64,000 nt of DNA from Longimicrobiales bacterium (GTDB lineage Bacteria > Gemmatimonadota > Gemmatimonadetes > Longimicrobiales > Gaopeijiaceae). The DNA lies in assembly GCA_965204735.1 (NCBI GenBank), contig OZ242008.1, positions 736,001-800,000 of the forward strand, in the 5' to 3' direction. The position numbers and the translations under genes were made by a program. The stretch's first letter is position 1. Every line of letters starts with the position of its first letter. The notes under the pieces are model-generated. The model saw only the letters and a list, made by a program, of their open reading frames with translations, was not told the DNA's origin and did no database searches. Shown piece after piece: positions 17,208 through 26,557 of the stretch.

Positions 17208-20200
17208 CGACCGCCTCGCGCGCTGGTCAAGAGGTCCCCGGCTGGCGAGACCTGCGTCACGGCGGGCTCCTGCTGGACGGCCAACGTCTGGCCGACTTGG
17301 CGCCGCACACGCCCGACCCCTTGGACGGCTGGACCGAGCATCTGCTGCGGCGCCGCGCCACCGACCTGCGCCGCCACGCCACGGACGGAGCCCCGGCGTT
17401 CGCGAAGTTCGTGCTGGAGGAGGTGTGCGGGTTCGACGCCGGCACGGGCGCGTGGACCCGTGGCGCCAAGGTCTCGCCCGAGTGGAGTCGTCGAGCCCCG
17501 ACCGGAGAGGTCGTCAAGCCGCGCCAGCTGTGGGAGGGTCTCGGGGGCGGACGTCTGCCGGTGTTCATGGAACCCGGACCGCGCGTCGGGATCGGCAAGG
17601 GCCGCCGAACGGTCAGCCGGGTGCTCGGATGGCTTCGCGCCGGCAACGACCACTTGGCCCTGATCACCAACGGCAAGCAGTGGCGACTCCTCTTCGCCGG
17701 GTTGGACTTCGAGGCGTGGTGCGAGTGGGACATGGACCTGTGGTTCCAGGACGGCAAGCCCGCGCCCCAGGTGGACGCGCTCCGGACGCTGTTGCAGCCC
17801 AAGCTCTGGACTCCCGCGTCAAAGGACGCCGCCTCGCCTCTGCTCCAAGCGATTCGGGACACGCGCAAGGGACAGGCCGAGCTCTCGGAGACGCTGGGCG
17901 AGCGCGTGCGGGAAGCCGTCGAGGTCCTGATCCAGGGCCACGGAGAGGCGCTCAAGGAGCAGTGCTCCGACGTGGACCCCGCCGACATCTACCGGGCCGC
18001 CTGCCGAGTCGCGATGCGCCTCGTGGTGATCCTCTTCGCCGAGGCCCGGGACCTGTTGCCGAGGGACAACCCCGTCTACCACGCCAGCTACGGCCTCAAC
18101 GGCCTGATGGAGCGGCTGCAGTCGGCGGCCGGCGGCCATGCCCTGTCCCGCCGCTTCAGCGCATGGCCCCAGGTGCAGGCCCTCTTCACCTTGGTGCACG
18201 ACGGCTCCCACCTTCCCCAGATGCCGGTCAAGGACTACGGCGGCGAGCTCTTCAAGCCCGGCAGCGCGGAGTCGGCCGACGGCCTCTCCCGAGCCTTGGC
18301 GGTGTTCGAGACCGCCTGCTTGAAGCACGACGTACTGCCGGACGACGACGTTCGGCGCATGCTGGAGCGGATGACGCTCACGCGGGTCCGAATCCGCCAG
18401 GGCCGGGGCGGCACATGGGTCACCGTGCCCGTGGACTTCTCGGACCTGTCCTCCGACTACATCGGCATACTGTACGAAGGCTTGCTGGACTACGAGCTCA
18501 AGACGTCGCCGCCCGGCGAGCCCGTCATCTTCCTGGCGGCGGGCCACTACCCGGCATTGCCGTTGTCGCGCCTGGAGGCGATGGACGACAAGGCGATCAA
18601 GGCGCTGTTCAGCAACCTGAAGAAGGATGTTGCGACGGACGACGACGGACCGGAGGAGTCGGAGGGCCAAGCCGTTGCCAAAGGCGAGGCGAACGAAGCC
18701 GAAGGCGCCGCCGGGCCACTCGGCGACCCCAGCGAGGCTTCGCCGGACGGCGCCGACCCGCGATTTGCCAACCGCACCCGCGCCGAGAAGTGGGCGCGGA
18801 GGGCCGCGCACGTGGCTGGACTGGTCAAGAAACCCCGTGGCAAGCTCACCCCGGAGTGCCGACTGAAGGCCGAGGACGACTTGGCCCGAAAGGCCCGCAA
18901 GCTGGTCGCTCGCGTCGTGTTGCCCGGCGAGTGGTACTTGGTGCGGTGGGGCGGCACCCGAAAGGGGTCGGGCAGCTTCTACACGCGACCCGGCTTGGTC
19001 GTGCCCACGGTGCAGCGCACGTTGCGGCCTTTGGCCTACGACCCTCCGCTCGGCAAGGACGGCGAACCCGACCGAGACGCTCCTGCCGCAAAGTGGACGC
19101 CCAAGCGCCCCGAGCAGATCCTTGAACTGAAGGTGTGCGACCCGGCCTGTGGTTCGGGCGCGTTCGTGCTGTCGGCTTTGCGCTTCCTGACCAACGCGCT
19201 CTTCGCTTCTCTTCAGCGCCACGGACGCATCGAGCCGGACGGGGAGCGCACGCTGATTCGGTTGCTGGGCGCGCCGACCGAACACGAGCCGCACACCGAG
19301 CGTTTGGGCGACGAGATGATCCCCTGTCCGCAGGACCATGACGACTTCGAGCCCCGTCTGCGGGCCGTGCTGCGCCGCCACGTGGTGGAGCGCTGCATCT
19401 ACGCCGTGGACATCGACCCCTTGGCCGTCGAGCTCTGCCGCCTGTCGCTGTGGATCGAGACCATGGACCGGGGCCTGCCCTTCGGCTTCTTGGATCACAA
19501 GGTCAAGTGCGGCAACTCCCTCGTGGGCGCGTGGCTCGACCAGTTCGCCCACTACCCGGTCATGGCCTGGAAGAACCGCGAAGGCGGTGACAAGAACCAC
19601 GGCAACGGCATCCACTTCAAGAAGGGCGCCCGGACGAAAGCGATCAAGGCGTTCGTGAAGGACCGGTTGACGCCGGACTTGGCCTCGTTCCTCCGCGACC
19701 CCGACCTCTTCCTCGACGACCACCTGAAGCGCCACGACAACGCCCACCGCAGCGCGCTGGCCGTTCTGGAGAAAATGCACGCCCTGCCCGTGCAAGACGC
19801 GACGGAAAGGGCGCGGCTCTACCGCGACGAATTCGTGGGCTCGTCGGAGTGGTTGGCACTCAAGGAGGCGATGGACCTGTGGTGCGCCTGTTGGTTCTGG
19901 CCCGCCGACGACATCGCGTGCGCACCGTTGCCCTTGAGCTTCGCCGATCCGCCCCAAGAGACACGAGAGATCGCACGGCGCCTATCCGCCAAGATCCGTT
20001 TTTTCCACTGGGAGCTAGAGTTTCCGGATGTGTTCTGGGAAGAGGGCTCTGGCTTCAACGCGGTCCTCGGGAACCCCCCGTGGGACACCCGTCAGCCCAA
20101 CTCTAAAGAGTACTTTTCGAACATCGATCCAATCTATAGCTCCTACCCAAAACAGGAAGCATTGAGACGCCAAAGGGAATTTTTTTGTTGCTACGTCACA

Positions 20201-22297
20201 GAGCAACAATGGCTTGACTACACTGCCAGTTTTGCAAACGAATCACACTATATGAAATGCGTCTCGGATCCTTTTGGCGATTTCGCCAAGATCGTCAAGA
20301 AATCATCAATAAGATACAACAGTCATGCATGCACTCCACATCCGTATGTACACAGAGGTACAGGAAAGGCATACACTTACAAGTTGTTCTTGGAATACGC
20401 GCATGCCTTGTGTCGGACTAGCGGCAGGATCGGACTCATTGTACCATCGGGGGTTTATTCCGATAAAGGCACTAGTGCGCTCAGAGACTTGTTCTTGTCC
20501 TGTTGCCAATGGGAATGGCTGTTCGGATTGGAAAACCGAGATCGTATTTTTCCAATTTCAAGCAATTACAAGTTCAATCCCGTCATCATTGAGAAGGGTG
20601 GTTCTACTCGTGCGATCCGCACTGCCTTTATGCGTCGGAAGCTTGATGATTGGGAGGAGGCCGAAAGGATCGTAACCCAGTACTCCTACCAGCAGATCGA
20701 AAAATTCAATCCAAAGAGCCAAGCACTTTTGGAAATTCAGTCTAAACGTGACCTTGACATACTAGAGACGATGTCCGCCAGTGGTTGCCCCCTTGGCGAT
20801 GGCGGTGGAGTTGCCCCGGTTCGTGGTCCAGTAGAATCGGCGTGGCGATTTAGATATGCTACTGAGTTTAACATGACTAGCGATTCCAAGTTGTTTCCCT
20901 TAGTCCACCACTGGGAGGCGAAGAGGTACAGGCCCGACGAGTACAGTCGGTGGTTACACGGCGAATGGCTGCCCATCCACGAGTTGTGGGCGACAATGGG
21001 CATTGACCATTCTCATTCCCCTTCTCCACATCGGGATCGGAGCTTACGGTGTGCCCAGCCTCCATACGACATCTTGCCCATTCCGAGGGCCAAGGTGCCC
21101 CCCGGCATAATCCTGTCTCGCACGGGAGATGCTTGGATTCATGAGGATCAAGTGCAGGGCGTGGCACTGCCACTTATCGAAGGTAAGATGATGTATGTTG
21201 GTACATGGGCCGCGAGTGGCCTTCAATTCGACTCGACTGACCACCGGATTGATATCACCCCGAAGTACATGATCGATTCCCGTCACATTCGGAACGCTAG
21301 CGGACCGAAGCCGACGGGTAGGATAGCATTTCGACTTATCTCACGCAGTACAAATGAACGCACTGTCGTCGCCTCTGTAATTCCCAGATGGTACCCCTGC
21401 GCAAACTCGCTGGGGGTCTTGAATGTAGATCACCGTCTCGGTATTACGGACCTCTTGGAGCTCAGTGCCTATATGTCAAGCATTGTACTTGACTGGTCGG
21501 TTCGCCAGCGGATGGCGGGAGCTAATCTGAACTGGCATATTGTAGAATCCGTTAGCGTGCCCTCACCCAAATCTCTGTCCGGCGAGCTTGTTGCAAAATT
21601 CGCCAGCCATATGCTGTCAGGCATTCAGTTTGCGGCGGAATGGCTGTGTCTTGTGCATGACGTGCATCGTCCACAACCGTTTCTGGGCACTCTTCATGAA
21701 CGCACGCGCGTTTCTGTCATAGCTGATGTTGTGACAGCCGCTGTAATGGGATACTCGGAAAACGACGTTCGGCATGTCTTGGACGGATGTGATCTTCCTA
21801 GAGAAGCAATAGACAGTCGGGCGAGGAAGAAAGTACTGTCCAGAAAAGGATTCTGGCGTGTGGATCAGAGTCGACACCCCGAATGTCGTCGCACTGTTCT
21901 AACACTTGTGGCGTTTAGAGACTTGCAGTCCAGAATCAATAGTAGTGCGAATCAAGATGAAGGCATCCGGGCGTGGTTGAACCAGAACGACGGCGAAGGT
22001 TGGCGCATTCCCGAGGTCATTCGCCTAGCGGACTACGGTCTCGGAAATGACGGACGCGCCGAACGTCTGCAGCCAGTCGCCAGCAGTCTTGGTCCCAGAT
22101 TCTACAACTGGCAGATTGCCCAGGGCACCGAGGAGGCGTGGCAAGAATGTCACCTGCACGCTCGGAACCTACTCGGAAGGGAGGAGTATGCTAGATTTCT
22201 GAGGGACTTAGTAGCTCGTTGTCTTCAAGAAGGTTACACTGATATCAGTCGTTTGTACAACGACTACACGCTTAGCTTGGTCCGTGACCCGTCATGA
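17204..22297 (+). CDS. Large N6-adenine DNA methyltransferase (DrmMI / Eco57I / type IIG-like), 1697 aa
   Basis: GTGA overlap; GILYEGLL, RKGSGSFYT, motif I DPACGSGAF, motif IV GNPPW, FFHWELEFPDVF; TRD-like C-terminal half. Confidence 0.85.
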   Translation: MTTASRAGQEVPGWRDLRHGGLLLDGQRLADLAPHTPDPLDGWTEHLLRRRATDLRRHATDGAPAFAKFVLEEVCGFDAGTGAWTRGAKVSPEWSRRAPTGEVVKPRQLWEGLGGGRLPVFMEPGPRVGIGKGRRTVSRVLGWLRAGNDHLALITNGKQWRLLFAGLDFEAWCEWDMDLWFQDGKPAPQVDALRTLLQPKLWTPASKDAASPLLQAIRDTRKGQAELSETLGERVREAVEVLIQGHGEALKEQCSDVDPADIYRAACRVAMRLVVILFAEARDLLPRDNPVYHASYGLNGLMERLQSAAGGHALSRRFSAWPQVQALFTLVHDGSHLPQMPVKDYGGELFKPGSAESADGLSRALAVFETACLKHDVLPDDDVRRMLERMTLTRVRIRQGRGGTWVTVPVDFSDLSSDYIGILYEGLLDYELKTSPPGEPVIFLAAGHYPALPLSRLEAMDDKAIKALFSNLKKDVATDDDGPEESEGQAVAKGEANEAEGAAGPLGDPSEASPDGADPRFANRTRAEKWARRAAHVAGLVKKPRGKLTPECRLKAEDDLARKARKLVARVVLPGEWYLVRWGGTRKGSGSFYTRPGLVVPTVQRTLRPLAYDPPLGKDGEPDRDAPAAKWTPKRPEQILELKVCDPACGSGAFVLSALRFLTNALFASLQRHGRIEPDGERTLIRLLGAPTEHEPHTERLGDEMIPCPQDHDDFEPRLRAVLRRHVVERCIYAVDIDPLAVELCRLSLWIETMDRGLPFGFLDHKVKCGNSLVGAWLDQFAHYPVMAWKNREGGDKNHGNGIHFKKGARTKAIKAFVKDRLTPDLASFLRDPDLFLDDHLKRHDNAHRSALAVLEKMHALPVQDATERARLYRDEFVGSSEWLALKEAMDLWCACWFWPADDIACAPLPLSFADPPQETREIARRLSAKIRFFHWELEFPDVFWEEGSGFNAVLGNPPWDTRQPNSKEYFSNIDPIYSSYPKQEALRRQREFFCCYVTEQQWLDYTASFANESHYMKCVSDPFGDFAKIVKKSSIRYNSHACTPHPYVHRGTGKAYTYKLFLEYAHALCRTSGRIGLIVPSGVYSDKGTSALRDLFLSCCQWEWLFGLENRDRIFPISSNYKFNPVIIEKGGSTRAIRTAFMRRKLDDWEEAERIVTQYSYQQIEKFNPKSQALLEIQSKRDLDILETMSASGCPLGDGGGVAPVRGPVESAWRFRYATEFNMTSDSKLFPLVHHWEAKRYRPDEYSRWLHGEWLPIHELWATMGIDHSHSPSPHRDRSLRCAQPPYDILPIPRAKVPPGIILSRTGDAWIHEDQVQGVALPLIEGKMMYVGTWAASGLQFDSTDHRIDITPKYMIDSRHIRNASGPKPTGRIAFRLISRSTNERTVVASVIPRWYPCANSLGVLNVDHRLGITDLLELSAYMSSIVLDWSVRQRMAGANLNWHIVESVSVPSPKSLSGELVAKFASHMLSGIQFAAEWLCLVHDVHRPQPFLGTLHERTRVSVIADVVTAAVMGYSENDVRHVLDGCDLPREAIDSRARKKVLSRKGFWRVDQSRHPECRRTVLTLVAFRDLQSRINSSANQDEGIRAWLNQNDGEGWRIPEVIRLADYGLGNDGRAERLQPVASSLGPRFYNWQIAQGTEEAWQECHLHARNLLGREEYARFLRDLVARCLQEGYTDISRLYNDYTLSLVRDPS

Positions 22298-24264
22298 AGA
22301 CCATCCTCCCTGTCAACCTGGACGACCTTCTCGACTGCCGAACCGTCGAGTCGGAGCGGGTCGAGTTCAAGTGCTCCTGGGACCCCAAGACGACTGGCCC
22401 GCAGGTGCTCCGAACGATCTGCGCCTTCGCCAACGACCACCACAACCTCAACGGGGGGTACGTTGTCGTTGGCGTGGAGGAGCGGAACGGTCGGGCCGTG
22501 CTGCCGCCCGTGGGCCTGGTGCCCGAGACGGCCGAGGCGGCGGAGAAGTGGATTCGCGGCAACTGTAGACGCATCGATCCAGACTACCAACCGGTTCTGT
22601 CCCGCGAGTGGGTCGACGACCGACTGATTCTGGTGGCGTGGGCGTTTGCGAGTCAGGTGAGGCCGCACCGGGCGCCCGACGGGAAGGGGCGGCGACGGTA
22701 CTGGGTTCGTGTCGGCGCCGAAACCGTGGACGCGGAGCATGGCGGCCTATTGCAGCCGCTGGTGCAGCAGGCCGGCCGTGTGCCGTGGGACGATCGCAGG
22801 GCTATGGACGCGTGCGTCGAAGACATGCGGGAAACGAGGGTTCGGCAGTTCCTGCACGACGTGGGGAGCGGGCTCTTGGACGAGCCGGAGACCGAGACCG
22901 TCTATCGTGGAATGCGCCTTACCACCAAGGTGAACGATCACGAAGTGCCCAGGAACGTTGGACTGTTGTTGTTCTCGTCGGACCCTGCAGCGTGGTTTCG
23001 AGGTGCGTGGATCGAGGTCGTGCAGTTTGCGGCCGACCGTGACGGCGATGTCCAGGAAGAGCGCGTCTTCAAGGGCAGCCTCTTGGATCAGTTCCGCGAC
23101 TGCATGACTTACCTCGAGAACCTCTCGGTGAATCACGTCCAGAAGCAGAACCATCGCAGCCAAGTTCGAGGATGGGTCAACTTTCCGGTGCCCGCGATTC
23201 GAGAGGCCTTGGTCAACGCGCTCTACCATCGCAGCTACGACGTGGAGCACCCCGATCCCACGAAAGTCTACCTGTTTCCCGGCAAGGTGGAGATCGTCAG
23301 CTACCCCGGCCCGGTGCCAGGCGTGCAGTCGGAACACCTGGTGCCCGGCGCCGCATTTCGGGGCGCTCCCGCTCGAAACCGCCGGATCGGCGAGTTCTTC
23401 AAGGAGCTGAAGCTCGCCGAGCTGCGGCTGACAGGGCTTCCGAAGATGTATCGAGCGATGGAGGCCAACGGCTCGCCGCCGCCGCGGTTCAGGTTCGACG
23501 AGTCGCGGACGTACTTCCAGGTGACTCTGCCGGCCCACCCCGAGTACGCGGCGCTCTCTGCTCTTCGAGACGCGGCCCACCTGCGGGTGCTGGGGGACGA
23601 GGCAGAGGCGTCTCGCCGCGTCGAGGTCGCCTGGCAGGGCAACCCAGGCTCGGGAGCGCTCGCGGTCGAACTGATCCGAGCCTACGCCAAGAAGGGGGAG
23701 ACGGCCCGCGCCGAAGACGTGTTCCGCGCCTTCAAGGCTCAAGGACCGGGAGTCGCGGCTGTTCACGTGGCCAACGCGCTGGCGGAAGTCTTGGTGGCGG
23801 CCGGCGACCCCGAACGGGCGCGGCAGCTGCTCCAGCCGGACGACGCGGCCCGGTTCGGCCAGGACGCCATCGACGCCGCCATCGTGGCGCGACGAGCCCG
23901 CGACTCGCAGTTGGCGCACCAGCACTTCGAGCGCGCCGGCGAAGTCGTCTACGCCGACCCCCGCGCGATGCTTGAATTCGCCCAGACGAAGATGTGGCTG
24001 GCCAACGAGGCCCTGCGCAGCGGCATCCCCGAGTCCAACCGGCGCCTCCTTGCCGAGGCCCGGACCCTCCTGGAGCGCGTGCTGCAGCTGGACACGTCCC
24101 CGGCTTGCCACGCCTGGGCTTGGCGGGAACTCGCCCGCACCTTGACTTGGCTGGGAGCACCCCGGCGCGAAGCGGAGGAGGCCTACCAGAGGGCCATCGC
24201 GCTGCTGCCGTCGGAGGAACGGTTTCGGGAGGAGCTGGAGGGGCTGCGGGAGAACTCGGGGTGA
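22294..24264 (+). CDS. Schlafen/AlbA_2 - HATPase_c_4 - TPR-like protein
   Basis: ATGA overlap; ESERVEFK, ICAFAND, GGYVVVGV; REALVNALYHRSY, RNRRIGEFF; Ala-rich helical repeats ending AEEAYQRAIALLP. Confidence 0.8.
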   Translation: MKTILPVNLDDLLDCRTVESERVEFKCSWDPKTTGPQVLRTICAFANDHHNLNGGYVVVGVEERNGRAVLPPVGLVPETAEAAEKWIRGNCRRIDPDYQPVLSREWVDDRLILVAWAFASQVRPHRAPDGKGRRRYWVRVGAETVDAEHGGLLQPLVQQAGRVPWDDRRAMDACVEDMRETRVRQFLHDVGSGLLDEPETETVYRGMRLTTKVNDHEVPRNVGLLLFSSDPAAWFRGAWIEVVQFAADRDGDVQEERVFKGSLLDQFRDCMTYLENLSVNHVQKQNHRSQVRGWVNFPVPAIREALVNALYHRSYDVEHPDPTKVYLFPGKVEIVSYPGPVPGVQSEHLVPGAAFRGAPARNRRIGEFFKELKLAELRLTGLPKMYRAMEANGSPPPRFRFDESRTYFQVTLPAHPEYAALSALRDAAHLRVLGDEAEASRRVEVAWQGNPGSGALAVELIRAYAKKGETARAEDVFRAFKAQGPGVAAVHVANALAEVLVAAGDPERARQLLQPDDAARFGQDAIDAAIVARRARDSQLAHQHFERAGEVVYADPRAMLEFAQTKMWLANEALRSGIPESNRRLLAEARTLLERVLQLDTSPACHAWAWRELARTLTWLGAPRREAEEAYQRAIALLPSEERFREELEGLRENSG

Positions 24265-24383
24265 GCCTCGCCCGAACCGTCGACCTCAGATCACGGCCGC
24301 CTCTGACAGTCTCGTCTTGGTTGTCGGTACAGTCTCGCTTGGTTGTCGCTCAATACCAGGATCCCCTGTCGCGACGGCTTGAC

Positions 24384-24614
24384 CTATTCGCCGCGCTGCT
24401 CAAAGACCTGCCGTCCTAGCCCCGAGTGGCGGATTATCGCACCCAGGGTTCCTTGGGCGACTTGGCGGTGGTTAGGGACTACGACCGTGGTTGTTCCCTC
24501 GCCGGCCTGCCGTTGCATAACGATGTGGCTGCCACGCCGCCGGGCCTCCAGGAAGCCGTGACGTTCAAGAATTCGGCAGACCTCGCGTGCAGAAAATACC
24601 CCCAGCCTACCCAA
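24384..24614 (-). CDS. hicA: HicA family toxin
   Basis: SAREVCRILERHGF..RRGSHIVM..VVPNH..GTLGAIIRHSGL; TTG start overlapping the hicB stop. Confidence 0.9.
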   Translation of the reverse strand: MGRLGVFSAREVCRILERHGFLEARRRGSHIVMQRQAGEGTTTVVVPNHRQVAQGTLGAIIRHSGLGRQVFEQRGE

Positions 24615-24828
24615 CGGCGACTTCGACGTCGGTAACGTAGAACTCCGGTCGAACCCTTGCCATCTTCTCGGCGGGCGACGCGCATTCGATGAACAGCTCG
24701 ACGGCTTCCTTGAGATTGTCTCGAGCTTCTTGAATGGTGTGTCCTTGCGTAACCACGTCGAAGTGTGGACAGGTCGCGACGTACAGGTCGCCCTCGCGTT
24801 CGATGATTGCGGTCAGCGTTCTCGTCAC
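24607..24828 (-). CDS. hicB: Short HicB family antitoxin (73 aa)
   Basis: AIIEREGDLYVATCP..TQGHTIQEARDNLKEAVELF; AGGAGG RBS before GTG at 24828. Confidence 0.9.
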   Translation of the reverse strand: MTRTLTAIIEREGDLYVATCPHFDVVTQGHTIQEARDNLKEAVELFIECASPAEKMARVRPEFYVTDVEVAVG

Positions 24829-25105
24829 CTGCGTCCTCCTTGGTATCCGATTGTCCGGGGGCTTGCACGCTCGTAGTAACGTACCGTAGCTCCCAGTGGC
24901 TCCAAAGTCAAGTCCGTCTGCTCCAGTCGCGGCCAGAGAAGGCAGCGGTTCAAGGCGGACGATGACCAAGCTACCCCGTTGTCACGGCCTCCTCGCCGAC
25001 CGCCAGCGCTGTTTGACGGGAGCGCATGAGAGGGCGCCTAGCGCGCCGGGTCTGGTGGTCCGCATTTCCGACTCGACCTTCTCCCCGCGCTTGGTCAATT
25101 CTCAC

Positions 25106-25474
25106 TCAGAGTTCCTCGGGCACCTCTTCCAGCCATGACATGACTCGGTCGAGTTCCTCTCGGCTGTGCTCCAGGAAGCTTCCTTCCTTGCTCTCCTCGC
25201 TCAACGTGCGGCTGACGTAGTACCCGACGCTGCCATCCTCTTCGGTGCCGATCTCGACCCTGCCGTACCCGCTGCGCCAGATGATGCAGATCTCCCACGC
25301 CTCGTCGGCGTAGACTTCATCAGGCCGCTTCCATTTGTCGCGCCATCCCAGCAACGTTGCGATTCGGCCCCTGTTGACCTCGATCTGAGGCATGGCCCCT
25401 CCCTTGACCCGGGCTGCCCTCAAGGTGTCGGCGTCGATCGCGTCCAGGATCCGTTCCCCGTCCAGCTCTTCCAC
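25106..25474 (-). CDS. Hypothetical acidic protein (122 aa)
   Basis: Natural-looking composition; AGGAG about 10 nt before the GTG; no family recognised. Confidence 0.5.
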   Translation of the reverse strand: MEELDGERILDAIDADTLRAARVKGGAMPQIEVNRGRIATLLGWRDKWKRPDEVYADEAWEICIIWRSGYGRVEIGTEEDGSVGYYVSRTLSEESKEGSFLEHSREELDRVMSWLEEVPEEL

Positions 25475-25625
25475 CTACTACATGCTCCTGTTCTCCGGGT
25501 GTCTGAACTGAAGTCCGTGTCCCGCTGAAAGCAATATGCCCGCCGGAACCTTGGCCGTCAACTGCCTGGCTCATCGCGCTCCGCGCGTGCGACTCGCCCT
25601 CGGACAGCCCGATCCCGCCAGCCCC

Positions 25626-25762
25626 GCCCTGCGGAGCGGCATCCCCGAGTCCAATCGGCGCATCCTTGCAGGGGCCGGGACCCTCCTGGAGCGCGTGCCG
25701 CGGCTCGACGCCTCCCCGACACGACTGGGCTTGGCGGGAACTCGCCCGTACCTGGACCGGCT
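25626..25762 (+). pseudogene. Degenerate copy of the 3' part of the AlbA-TPR gene (matches 24010-24152)
   Basis: GCCCTGCGGAGCGGCATCCCCGAGTCCAA..ACCCTCCTGGAGCGCGTG..CTGGGCTTGGCGGGAACTCGCCCG is present at both sites, with a frameshifting deletion in this copy. Confidence 0.8.
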
Positions 25763-25885
25763 TCCGGAGGAGCTCCCGCCGCTGCCAGGGGTCGCGGTCG
25801 GAAGAAGTCGACACGCCGGAGGATGTTGCCTGTCGGTGAGCAATCTGGGGGCCGACGCGCTCGGGCGTGAGCTTGCGCAGCAACC

Positions 25886-25915
25886 TTGACAAGCGTCGCA
25901 TTGATGTGTTACGAT
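25886..25915 (+). promoter_or_regulatory. Sigma70-type promoter upstream of the Panacea and helicase genes
   Basis: TTGACA (25886-25891), 18 nt spacer, extended -10 TGnTACGAT (25907-25915). Confidence 0.65.
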
Positions 25916-25986
25916 CAAATAGTGAGTGGTGACCAAGTTCGTTGGATGCCCGGACCGCCCATTTCCCCGGCAAGAGGAGGCCGCAG

Positions 25987-26499
25987 ATGGGCTACACCGC
26001 GAAAGCAGTCGCGAATCACTTCCTGGACTTCGGACGAACCCGCACGAAAGAGATATCGCCGCTGATGATTCAGAAGCTCGTGTACATCTCTCACGGCTGG
26101 CATCTCGCGCTCAGCGGAGGGAAGCCATTGGTCTCGGACGAATACGTCGAGGCATGGGAGTACGGCCCGGTCTTCCCGTCCGTTTACCACGAGTTCAAGC
26201 ACTACGGCGCGTCGCCCATACTCGACTACGCGACCGACTTCGAGCTCGTGGGAACCGACTTCAAGCTGGTTACGCCTCGTGTCGAGACGGACGACGTCAA
26301 TGCGGTCGCGCTCCTTGGACGAGTGTGGAAGGTCTACGGCGACTTCAGCGGTCTGCAACTGTCCGGCATGGCCCACGCGCCGGGCACGCCGTGGGACATC
26401 GTGTGGAACAAGAACAGGGGCATGAGAAACGTGCACATTCCCAACGAGCTGATTGGCAAGTACTACCTGCGAATCATGGAGAGCCGAAATGGCAATTGA
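25987..26499 (+). CDS. Panacea (DUF4065 / SocA-like) antitoxin-domain protein
   Basis: AKAVANHFL..ISPLMIQKLVYISHGW..EAWEYGPVFPSVY..LSGMAH..TPW; GAGGAGG RBS. Confidence 0.9.
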   Translation: MGYTAKAVANHFLDFGRTRTKEISPLMIQKLVYISHGWHLALSGGKPLVSDEYVEAWEYGPVFPSVYHEFKHYGASPILDYATDFELVGTDFKLVTPRVETDDVNAVALLGRVWKVYGDFSGLQLSGMAHAPGTPWDIVWNKNRGMRNVHIPNELIGKYYLRIMESRNGN

Positions 26500-26557
26500 C
26501 TCCGACGAGAAGAACCTGCCTATCCTTGACGTTGATTGACAAGATCAGCCTCCGAAG

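Noticed and set aside
25475..25483. ATG-TAG-TAG immediately before the GTG of the 122-aa ORF, as a regulatory start-stop
   Set aside because: The RBS is too close to that ATG, and its spacing fits the GTG instead.
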